From: Acidobacteriota bacterium
Lineage (GTDB): Bacteria > Acidobacteriota > UBA890 > WLXD01
Direction: 5' to 3'
Length of the DNA: 64,000 nt
Assembly (NCBI GenBank): GCA_963666215.2
Contig: CAXWPL010000003.1
Location: 368,366 to 432,365, forward strand
Positions 7,707 to 16,263 of this stretch are shown here, piece by piece. Positions within the stretch are counted from its first letter, which is position 1, and every line of letters starts with the position of its first letter. Made by a program: the position numbers and the translations under genes. Under the pieces are notes generated by a model that was given only the letters and a program-made list of their open reading frames with translations, was not told the origin of the DNA and ran no database searches.

Positions 7707-10700
7707 CTAGAAGCGCACCGTGGTACCCAAGCGAATATCGCGCCCAATGCCCGGCGTCCCGAAGCGCGCATTCTCGTAGCTGCGATCGGCCAGGTTACTG
7801 ATCGCCAGGTGCAGCTCCAACGGCTGCCCGGCGACCCCAGTGGCCCAGGTTGCCTGGAAATCGTGGAGCACGTAACCCGCCGTCGCCTCGACGCCCGTCG
7901 GCACGCGATCACGATCGCCGTAGATGCGGGTGAACCAATTGGCGCGCAGGCCGAGCTCCGGCCGGCGCCACTCGGCTCCGAGAACGAGCTTGTCGTTGGG
8001 AATCTGCAGCAACGGCTCTCCAGTGGCGTTGTCCTCGCCACGAGTCCGCGAGAACGATCCCCGCAGAACGATGTCGCGCTGCGGACTCAGGTCAACGGAG
8101 GCTTCGAATCCCGTCATCTGGGCGTCGAGGCGATTGGTCGCCTGCCACAGCTGGATCTGAGTGCCTCCGGTCACAGGAAACTCCGAAGTGAATACCGGCA
8201 GCAGCTCGATGAAGTTCTCGACGTCCGCACGCCACAGCGAGGCACGCGCCGAAACGCGCCCACGACGGAACCTCAGGCCGCCGTCGAAGTTACGGCTGGT
8301 TTCGGCGACAAGATCCTCGTTGGGCAGAAACAGCGCCAGAAAAAAAACGTCTTGCGTCAAGGGAAAGGCGAAGTGGGTGCCCGTCAGGAAGAGCTCCTGG
8401 AAGAAGGGCGCACGGAACCCACCGCCGTAGCTGGCCGAGGCGAAGAGACCCTCACTGAGCTGGTAACTCGCCCCCAACTTGGGCGAAAGGCGATCGACCT
8501 TCTGGGAGCTGAGCTCGACAAGGTCCGGCTTGCTGTTCCAGCGGTCGTAGCGCAGGCCAGGAACCACCGACAGTCGTCCGTCGAACAGCGACAGCTCGTC
8601 TTGCACGAAGGTGCCGAGCTGCGTGCGGCTGCCCGACGGGAAGAATGCGTGGGCATCGCCGTTGCGAACGGCGTCCTGGCGCTCCTGCACGAGCTCGAAG
8701 CCGTAGGTGACGGCGTGCGAGCCGCCCACGAGCGCCGTGTTGCGCGCATCGATGCCCCAGGTGCGGTAGCCGATGTCGTCAACGCGACCGTCGGCGATCC
8801 GGGACTCGTCGATCTTGGTCTCGTTGACGTAGACGGTGGCGTTGAGGCTGTTGTCCCACCAGTTCTCCCCTGTGCGGGTGTAGCGCGCGTTGACGCCCGC
8901 CGAGCGAGTGGCGCGGTCGATCAACTCGGCAGCGCCGACATCCATCAACGCGAGGTTCGTTGACGATCTGCCTTTCTGGCGAAAGTAGTTGCCCGAAAGG
9001 CGCAGCAGGCCGGAGCTACCGAGCGGCGTGTGCAGGCGGGCGTTGAAGTCGTTGATGTCCTCCTCGGCCTGTTCCAGATTGGACTGGACGCCGGCAATCT
9101 GAATCGAGCCGTCGTTGCGCCTGCCGGTGTAGGAGGCCATCCAGCTGAGGCCCGAGTCGGACCTACCGTAGAGACGAGGAGCGACGGTCCACTCGCCGTA
9201 GGCCGACGAGTAGGTCGAGCGCACCTGAGCGCCCAGGGTCTGGCGCGGATCGAGCAGGTCGCCCGGCGCGCGGGTGGTGATCGAGATGACGCCACCGATC
9301 GCCCCCGAGCCATACAGCGCTGAGGCCGGACCCTTGACGATCTCCACCTTCTCGATGTCATCGGTGTCGAAGAAATACGTGCCCCGGTGACCCGAGTTGA
9401 ACTGCGCCACACGAGCTCCGTCGCGGAGCGTGAGGATTCGCTGGTCGTCGAAGCCACGGATGTTGGGCGTTTGCCCGAGGCGTCGAGGCGACTCGCTCAT
9501 CTCGACACCCGGCTCATAGCGCAGCACGTCATCGAGCCCACGCGCCTGCGTGCGGTCGAGATCATCGCGATCAATCACCGTCACCTCGCCAGGCACCCCG
9601 AGCGTGTCGCGCTCCGTGTGCGTTGCCGCCACCGTGATGCGCTTGGAGTAGGGCGCCAGCTGCAGCTCCACGTCGAGGTTCAACGAAGATCCAGAGGAGA
9701 TCTCCACGGCCTGAGCCCAACGCCGGAAGCTGTCGACATCGACCACCACGAGGTACGTGCCTGGACCGACCTGTTCGAAGCGAGCCAGGCCCTCCTGGTT
9801 GGTCGTACGTGAGATCACCTCGTCTCCCAATCTCAGCGAGACGGGTATCGATGGCGCCAACCGACCGTTGGGTGAGTAGACGGTCACCTCGACGATGGCT
9901 GACTGTTGCGCCTGCGCGACGGGAGCCACCGACGCCACCAGCATCACAGCGCCCACGACGGTCGCGGCTGTTCTGACCGCGGGTCGGGCCGGCGACGGCG
10001 ACCGTCGTCGAACGTTGAGCCAGTAACCGGTCCAGATCAGGAGGATTCCGATGATTTCCATGACGTACAAGACCTCCGTGCGCCCCATGCGACTGGCCGC
10101 ACCGCCGATGCCCGGCAGAATTGCGCCGGATGCGATGAACACGTTGCCGACGAACCGATCGCGGGCAACAACAGCACCGCTGCCGTCCCCCCGGGACGCG
10201 CGGTAGAAACGCCAAGCGGAGTAGATGGCTCCGCCGATCAGAAAGATCACGGCGTAGGTGTTGATGAAGGGGCTGAACGCCCGTACCCATTGCCAGGCGA
10301 ACGCGCGTCCACTCGGCAGGTGGGGGTCCACCACCGCCATGTTGATGGGGCTGGCGATCACGCACGCGGCGGCGACTGTGACCACCGACACCAGAGCGAT
10401 CGTCAGGCGCCGCGCTACCCGCGGTCGAAGCAGCAGCCAGACCGTTCCCTGCGCCAGCGGCGCACCCCCGAGGAGAGCCCCGACCACGTACCAGAACTTG
10501 AACATCACCGGGCTCCAGCCGAAGAGCGTGAACCAGCTCTCCGCAAAGGTCCCGAGCCCGTAGACGAGAATGCCAGCGCTCCACCAGAGCAGGTGGTTAC
10601 CGCCACCCCGGTACAGGTAGCGGCGATACACCACGACGGCAAACACGAACGAGATCACGGTCGTGGCGATCGGTAGGTAGTGAACAGCGGTGGGTTGCAT
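7707..10700 (-). CDS. Fusion of a 7-TM membrane domain, internal signal peptide and TonB-dependent heme/hemoglobin-type receptor
   Basis: aa1-230 has seven hydrophobic helices; aa231-264 is RRR...VVGAVMLVASVAPVAQA; then a carboxypeptidase-regulatory-like domain, plug (NIRG, SGHRG, KGPASALYGSGAIGG), FRAP...GTHF...PNEDL and a C-terminal Phe. Confidence 0.9.
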   Translation of the reverse strand: MQPTAVHYLPIATTVISFVFAVVVYRRYLYRGGGNHLLWWSAGILVYGLGTFAESWFTLFGWSPVMFKFWYVVGALLGGAPLAQGTVWLLLRPRVARRLTIALVSVVTVAAACVIASPINMAVVDPHLPSGRAFAWQWVRAFSPFINTYAVIFLIGGAIYSAWRFYRASRGDGSGAVVARDRFVGNVFIASGAILPGIGGAASRMGRTEVLYVMEIIGILLIWTGYWLNVRRRSPSPARPAVRTAATVVGAVMLVASVAPVAQAQQSAIVEVTVYSPNGRLAPSIPVSLRLGDEVISRTTNQEGLARFEQVGPGTYLVVVDVDSFRRWAQAVEISSGSSLNLDVELQLAPYSKRITVAATHTERDTLGVPGEVTVIDRDDLDRTQARGLDDVLRYEPGVEMSESPRRLGQTPNIRGFDDQRILTLRDGARVAQFNSGHRGTYFFDTDDIEKVEIVKGPASALYGSGAIGGVISITTRAPGDLLDPRQTLGAQVRSTYSSAYGEWTVAPRLYGRSDSGLSWMASYTGRRNDGSIQIAGVQSNLEQAEEDINDFNARLHTPLGSSGLLRLSGNYFRQKGRSSTNLALMDVGAAELIDRATRSAGVNARYTRTGENWWDNSLNATVYVNETKIDESRIADGRVDDIGYRTWGIDARNTALVGGSHAVTYGFELVQERQDAVRNGDAHAFFPSGSRTQLGTFVQDELSLFDGRLSVVPGLRYDRWNSKPDLVELSSQKVDRLSPKLGASYQLSEGLFASASYGGGFRAPFFQELFLTGTHFAFPLTQDVFFLALFLPNEDLVAETSRNFDGGLRFRRGRVSARASLWRADVENFIELLPVFTSEFPVTGGTQIQLWQATNRLDAQMTGFEASVDLSPQRDIVLRGSFSRTRGEDNATGEPLLQIPNDKLVLGAEWRRPELGLRANWFTRIYGDRDRVPTGVEATAGYVLHDFQATWATGVAGQPLELHLAISNLADRSYENARFGTPGIGRDIRLGTTVRF

Positions 10701-10788
10701 CGAGAGCTCCCTAGAACGGCGTCGTACGACGACTTCGGTTCTTTACGAGCTCTGATTGAACCAACGCGGCGGGGCCGCTATGTCATCC

Positions 10789-11319
10789 CTACGTCACGAG
10801 ATCGGAATCTCGATCAACGCCGTCTTTCGCCGCCTCGCTGGCGTCGGTAGCGATCGTCAGCTGCGCCTCGGTGGGAGCATCGAACTCCAGCCTGATCGAG
10901 TCGCGCTGCAGCAGGAAACGGGTCCACAGCCCTAGGATCGTGCCGAAGGGAACAAACAGGCACAGGAGAACCACGGCGATACGGCAGAACCGATAACGCT
11001 GGCGACGCTGGATGAAGAAGCTGGCGCGCAGAATCGTCACCGACCACCAGATCACGAGTATCGCGAAAATCGTCGTCAGCGAAGTCGCGACCAGATCGAT
11101 GAGCGCCACCAGCAGGCTCTCGGAGCCGAGAGTGCTCAGCGCGCCCAGCATCGGGCCGCACATCAGCAGGCCCATGAAGATGAAGAAGGCCCCGATCACC
11201 CGCATGACAAAGACCATGTTGCGCAGGTGACCGTGCAGACTGCTCGGTCGCAGGTTCATATGAAGAGCTCCTTGGCGGTCGAGGAGACTAGACTGGCGCT
11301 TCCCGAAACCATCGAGCAA
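10789..11319 (-). CDS. Hypothetical membrane protein (3-4 TM)
   Basis: Hydrophobic helices and a CLFVPFGTILGLWT motif; the true start may be ~11260 (MNLRP). Confidence 0.7.
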   Translation of the reverse strand: MLDGFGKRQSSLLDRQGALHMNLRPSSLHGHLRNMVFVMRVIGAFFIFMGLLMCGPMLGALSTLGSESLLVALIDLVATSLTTIFAILVIWWSVTILRASFFIQRRQRYRFCRIAVVLLCLFVPFGTILGLWTRFLLQRDSIRLEFDAPTEAQLTIATDASEAAKDGVDRDSDLVT

Positions 11320-11333
11320 CTGGCGATCTGTCC

Positions 11334-11731
11334 GTGCAACGAAACACCCTTAACCGGAAGCTAGCCGCTGCGGCAACCGTCGGCAACGCTCTCGCCCTCC
11401 TCGCCACGGCTTGTATACCCAGCGCCGACCCGGGCTCCCCGGCCGACCATTGGCCCGGATTCCTCGGGCCCACGGGGATCGCGGTAGGCCATCATCCGGA
11501 CCTGCCGGAATCCTGGTCGGCGTCGCAGAACATCGAGTGGAGCGCGGAGATCCCGGGCAGGGGCTGGTCCTCGCCGGTCGTCTGGGGCGATCGAGTCTTC
11601 CTGACCGCCGAGACCAGCGAGCAGACGCTGAAGGAGCCGGGGTTCGGTGTGGACTTCGGCAACGAGTACATCGCCGAGCTCCTCGCCGAGGGGCGCAGCG
11701 AGGCCGAAGCCTCCGATATGGCCGACGCCCG
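11334..11731 (+). pseudogene. N-terminal fragment of a PQQ-like beta-propeller (BamB-type) lipoprotein
   Basis: LATAC lipobox, HWPGFLGP, LPESWS..NIEWSAEIPGRGWSSPVVWGDRVFLT; family resemblance stops abruptly at ~11731. Confidence 0.8.
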
Positions 11732-12168
11732 CCGGCACGCTGTCGCTGCTGATGGCCGATCTCGACGGCGACCATCGCCTCGACGCTGTCCACGGGCAGG
11801 GCGAGAATCCCGCGGCTATCGAGGAGAAGATCTTCCTCGGCAGCGGGCTGGATCCCGATACAGCGCCGCCTGTCGTGGCGCGAGTCGAGGCCGAGCTGAA
11901 GCCGGTCGATGGGCGCCAGGCGCTCCGGATCCGAGCCCGTGTCCATGATCGTAAGAGCCCGACGATGCCCCACGACTGGCAATCGGTGACCCTGCGCTGG
12001 GCTCAGGAGGGCAGCGAGGAGGAGATCCCGATGACCTGGTATGGCGAATACCTGTGGTTCGCCGAGATCCGTTCCGAAAACCTTTCCGGGATCACCTACC
12101 GTGTCTGCGCCATCGACGCGGCCGGCAACCAGTCGTGCTCGAGCCCCCACTCCGCGGAAGGGACATAG
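11730..12168 (+). pseudogene. C-terminal fragment of an FG-GAP/VCBS repeat protein
   Basis: LLMADLDGDHRLDAVHGQGE followed by an Ig-like tail (DTAPPVV...PMTWYGEYLW...VCAIDAAGNQSC); no N-terminus. Confidence 0.65.
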
Positions 12169-12175
12169 CACAGCT

Positions 12176-12244
12176 CACCTGGCCCATACCGCCCGCACCG
12201 AGGGGCTCGAGCAGACGGTAGGGCCCGAGGGTTTCGCGATGCAT
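12176..12244 (-). pseudogene. N-terminal remnant of a Ser/Thr protein kinase
   Basis: Hand translation MHRETLGPYRLLEPLGAGGMGQV matches Hanks kinase subdomain I; similarity is lost afterwards. Confidence 0.75.
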
Positions 12245-12249
12245 GGGCG

Positions 12250-12825
12250 TTAGCTCTGGGTTCTTTGCGAGAAGAACAGCGTTTCGGTGACGCGAATGTC
12301 GTCCGCAGGACGCTCGGCGCTGACGCTCTCGAGCGTCTCACCGGTTTGCGGATCTTCGAAGAGGATCGTCCAGCTGCCGGGATGCGGGTTGAAGACACAC
12401 TCAGGGAAGACGATGTGGTGGTGCCAGTGTCGGTCGTGAGCACTGAGCTCCGCAGCCCGTCGCATCATCGCAATGACATTCGGTGAACAGATCTCGAGCT
12501 CGAGATCCTCATCCGTTGAGGGATTCGTCGATCGGTCCGCCGGCCGGTGCCGTGACGCGAGCGGATCCACGCCGTGCACCAGAGTCGCCAGCCGGCGCCC
12601 CACCTCCATCATCGGCTCGTCGGAATAGACGACGTAGACCTCGCCGCGATCGGACGCCTCGACGACAAGCGCACACTGCGGACGGTCGTTGAGCCTGCAG
12701 TCGGTCGACAGCACATGGTTGTGCCAACGCTCACCGCTTGCCGCCAGCTCGTCACCGAGCTCGAGCAGCCGATCCACACTCACCTCGATCACGTCAAAGT
12801 CGCTGAGGGTCTTCACAAAGAGCAC
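12250..12825 (-). CDS. Hypothetical protein with a duplicated WHxH-x5-C domain
   Basis: Two aligned halves, RWHNHVLSTDCRLN and HWHHHIVFPECVFN; AGGAG RBS. Confidence 0.8.
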   Translation of the reverse strand: MLFVKTLSDFDVIEVSVDRLLELGDELAASGERWHNHVLSTDCRLNDRPQCALVVEASDRGEVYVVYSDEPMMEVGRRLATLVHGVDPLASRHRPADRSTNPSTDEDLELEICSPNVIAMMRRAAELSAHDRHWHHHIVFPECVFNPHPGSWTILFEDPQTGETLESVSAERPADDIRVTETLFFSQRTQS

Positions 12826-12909
12826 TCCTGGCGATTCTTCATAGAGAGCGGTCCACGCAATCGAGCCTCCCGAGTACGCGATAGCCCATCAGCCGCTGGT
12901 TGCGAGTTA

Positions 12910-13670
12910 CTACATGAATTGTCCACCGTTGACGCTGAAGCACGCTCTGGTGCTGAATTTGGCGCCCACGACACCGTCAACCATCCGCAGCAGGTCATCG
13001 AGCTCGCCAAGCCGGTTCATCGGGATACGGCCGAGCTCGACCTCCAGGCCCGATTCGGACTCCAAGTTGTACCGCTCCATGACCTCGCGCGTCTTGATCG
13101 ACCCGGGAATCACGCAATTGACGCGAATGCGCGGCGCCAGCTCGAGCGCCATGCATTTGGTGAGCGCCAGGATGCCGCCCTTGGCACTGCAGAAGTTGGC
13201 GCCGTTCTCGCGACCTTCGATGCCGCAGGGAGCGGCAAAGTTGATGATCAGGCCTTCGTTGTCGGGACTATGGAAGACAAACTCCTGCGAGCAAACGAAA
13301 TGGCCGCGCAAGTGGGAGGCGATAACGCTGTCCCAGTGCTCGTCGGTGAGCTCGAGGAACGGAGCGTCGCGGTTCCTACCGGCGGAGTTGATGAGCATGT
13401 CGACGCGGCCGAATTTCTCGATGACCGCATCGAACATCGCCCGCACCTGATTGCGATCGGCGACATCAGCCTTGCACTTGATGACCGCCGAAGATCCCGC
13501 CGGAGCGACCGCGAGCAGCTCACTCTCAGCACGCTCGCCGCGGGACTCGGAAATGTAATTGACGCACACACCGAGACCCTTGCCGGCGAAGTGCGCGGCG
13601 AGCGCGGCGCCCAGACCGCTGGAGCCGCCGGTGATGACCACCACCTTCTCGTTGAATGTGTCGGACACGT
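12910..13670 (-). CDS. SDR-family (FabG-like) oxidoreductase with an atypical active site
   Basis: VITGGSSGLG, DMLINSAG, IRVNCVIPG; YxxxK reads FCSAK. Start approximate (VSDTFNEK). Confidence 0.88.
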
Positions 13671-13774
13671 GCTGGCTCCTCGCGTCTGCGCGCTCACTTT
13701 TCCCAGGACGGGTCAAGCGGAGAGCCTCGAAGGGGTAGCATGCCCGGCGATACCTCTCAAGCAATCAACGCTGG

Positions 13775-14746
13775 GTGCCTGTATTTTGGGCGGTTCCTGG
13801 CGGTACACATGCGTTTGGTAGAGAAGAAGTAGTGCTAGTTCCCGCGCTCGTCGGCGATTGGTGGCAGGTTGCAGGCATTCCCAACTTGGGGGCCTTCAAC
13901 AGCAACGGACAGCAGACCGCTGCGTTCGGCCTGTGGCAGGCGGCCGACGGCACCTGGCAGCTTTGGGGCTGTATCCGCAAGACGAACGTCGGGGGCCAGT
14001 CCCGGCTGTTCTACCGCTGGGAGGGCGCCAAGATCACCGATACCGAGTGGGAGCCGAACGGTATCGCCATGGTCGCGGAACCCGACTACGGCGAGGCGCC
14101 GGGCGGACTGCAAGCGCCTCACGCATCGCGGATCGGCGACGAGTATCTGATGGTCTACGGCGACTGGGAGAGCGTCTGCCTGGCACGGAGCGACGACGGC
14201 AAAAGCTTCGAACGCCGAGTCGTGACCTCCGAGAATCCGGAAAATGCGGCTAACCCGGGGAACACCGGCAAGACCGGGATGTTCAACGAGGGACTCGGAA
14301 ACGCCACTCGCGACCCCATGATCACCAAGATCGGCGATCTATACCACGTGTACTACACAGCCAGCCCGGGCGGCGTGGGCTCGGTGTACTGCCGGACGTC
14401 GCCCGACCTGCGAGCCTGGAGTGAATCCGTGATCGTCTCGGCCGGGGGCAGCGCCGGCAGCGACTGGAGCGACGGCGAGGAACCCTACGTTCTCTTTCAC
14501 GACGAGGAAGCGGCCTTCTACCTCTTCCGCACGCACACACAGCCCGACACCGAACACATGCTCACGTCGGTCTACCGGTCGACCGATCCGCTCGACTTCG
14601 GAGTCGACCACGACGAGAAGCTGGTAACGACTCTGCCGGCCGAGGCGTCGTGGATCGTCCGCGAGGACAACAACTACTACATCGGCTCGGTGCTGCCGAA
14701 CCTACAGGGGTACCGCATCGCGCGGCTCGAGTGGGTCCTTCGATGA
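13775..14746 (+). CDS. Five-bladed beta-propeller glycosidase-like protein (GH32/GH43-like fold); 5' end uncertain
   Basis: Asp-box-like SDDGKSF and SPDLRAW, RDPMI, YHVYYT, EEPYV. Confidence 0.7.
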   Translation: MPVFWAVPGGTHAFGREEVVLVPALVGDWWQVAGIPNLGAFNSNGQQTAAFGLWQAADGTWQLWGCIRKTNVGGQSRLFYRWEGAKITDTEWEPNGIAMVAEPDYGEAPGGLQAPHASRIGDEYLMVYGDWESVCLARSDDGKSFERRVVTSENPENAANPGNTGKTGMFNEGLGNATRDPMITKIGDLYHVYYTASPGGVGSVYCRTSPDLRAWSESVIVSAGGSAGSDWSDGEEPYVLFHDEEAAFYLFRTHTQPDTEHMLTSVYRSTDPLDFGVDHDEKLVTTLPAEASWIVREDNNYYIGSVLPNLQGYRIARLEWVLR

Positions 14747-14798
14747 TGACGACCGTGGGCTGAGCCGAGCGCCACTCCTGGAGCATAGCGGCGACGAC

Positions 14799-16175
14799 TC
14801 AGCGAATGATGTGGAACTCGGTCTGCCTGTTGAGGTACTCGAAACCGTCCTCCGTAAACGCGACAATCTGGCCGTGGCCGAGCTCGAGACCCTGGTCGCC
14901 CCATCCCGGGATGTGCACGTCGATGTGGGGCTCGAAGGCGTAGAGCGTGTTGGTGTGCAGCTCGTGGTCGTTGGTGACGATCGAGGTCGGAGCATAGCCA
15001 GGCCCGGAAGTCATGCCAACGACGGCTGTCTTGGTCGACAGCATCCAGCCGTCGCGGAGGAAGCGGTAGAAGTACTTCGGCGGCGGGTGGAAGTCATTGG
15101 TCGCGCCGACGACGTTTGCGGGGAAGGTCAGCGCCTCCGACGCCGCAACGATCTCCTTGCCGGTGCGCCCTACATTGAACTCCGCCGCGAAGCGGTCCTC
15201 GATGTGGTTGGCCAGATGGAGGGCCGCCCTGAGCTCTGCGGGCACCTCGGTTTCCCCCGTGCGCAGCACGTAGGCGTACTGATGTGTGTCGGTAACAAGC
15301 CCGAACATGAAGATGTCGGTGTCGACGCGGAGAACGTCGCCGCGTCGGATCACGACGTCGATGTCGTTGCGCGTCCGCGCTCCAGTGACGTGCTCCAGCG
15401 GGTCGTCGTACTTGGCGATGTCGGCGAGACTGCGCTGGATCGAGATGCTGGGGTGGTTCTCGTGCTCGATGCCGAGATCGGCGGTGCGCTGGCGAAACCA
15501 CCAGTTGAGGTCGTCGGTCGTCGTGACGTTGGGAAGTATCACCTGGTTCGAGTAGGCCTCGGCGATGAGGTCATCGGCGATGCCTACCATGTGGCGATAG
15601 ATATCGATCATGTGAGGGCCGACGGTCTCGTACCATCGCACACCGAGCGTCCAAGAATCGACGGTCCTGGACGCGTGCTCGCCCAAGGCCGCCACCATCG
15701 GCTCGTTCCGAAAACCGCTGATTGCGATACGTTGCGGGTCGCGCGCCGCAACCAGCTCGCTGATGTGGGCGTAGTCGCGCGCGTCGACGTATTCGATCGC
15801 GGTGCCGGTGTCGTGGAACATCAGGAAGACCGGCCGCGCATCGCCGTGCTCGCTGTCGAAGATCATGCCGCGCGAGTCGGCTGGAACCAGCGACGAGAAG
15901 ATCGGCCCCTCGTTGTTGTAGTACTTGTCGGCTTCGTCGTCGCGGACGATCCACATATCGACGCCCTGCTCGCGCATGACCATCGGCAGCACATGCTCCT
16001 TGCGCCACTGCCAGAAGCCCTCGGTAATCCGGACGCGATCGCGCAGCGGCAGGATATTCTTGACATAGTCACCAACGCCGATCTTGCCGTGCTGAGCCGC
16101 GGCGCGCTCGGATGGCGCAAGTGCGCTGAACATCATCAGACAGAACGCGATGACCAAGATCGATTGCCGTCGCAT
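14799..16175 (-). CDS. Secreted M24 (Xaa-Pro aminopeptidase-like) peptidase
   Basis: Signal peptide; MREQGVDMWIV; RGDVLRVDTD..GLVTDTHQYAYVLR; YAFEPH. Confidence 0.82.
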   Translation of the reverse strand: MRRQSILVIAFCLMMFSALAPSERAAAQHGKIGVGDYVKNILPLRDRVRITEGFWQWRKEHVLPMVMREQGVDMWIVRDDEADKYYNNEGPIFSSLVPADSRGMIFDSEHGDARPVFLMFHDTGTAIEYVDARDYAHISELVAARDPQRIAISGFRNEPMVAALGEHASRTVDSWTLGVRWYETVGPHMIDIYRHMVGIADDLIAEAYSNQVILPNVTTTDDLNWWFRQRTADLGIEHENHPSISIQRSLADIAKYDDPLEHVTGARTRNDIDVVIRRGDVLRVDTDIFMFGLVTDTHQYAYVLRTGETEVPAELRAALHLANHIEDRFAAEFNVGRTGKEIVAASEALTFPANVVGATNDFHPPPKYFYRFLRDGWMLSTKTAVVGMTSGPGYAPTSIVTNDHELHTNTLYAFEPHIDVHIPGWGDQGLELGHGQIVAFTEDGFEYLNRQTEFHIIR

Positions 16176-16263
16176 GGTTGTTTCCTCTTTGTCGAGCTGT
16201 CGAGCATGTCGACGCAAGTGGTCCCGGCTCCGCCTCGAAGCTCCTTGGCCTGACTCTTTCTAG

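Noticed and set aside
10005-10700. 7-TM domain as a microbial rhodopsin or heliorhodopsin
   Set aside because: Helix 7 (VLYVMEIIGILLIWTGYWL) has no retinal-binding Lys and no DxxxK/SxxxK motif.
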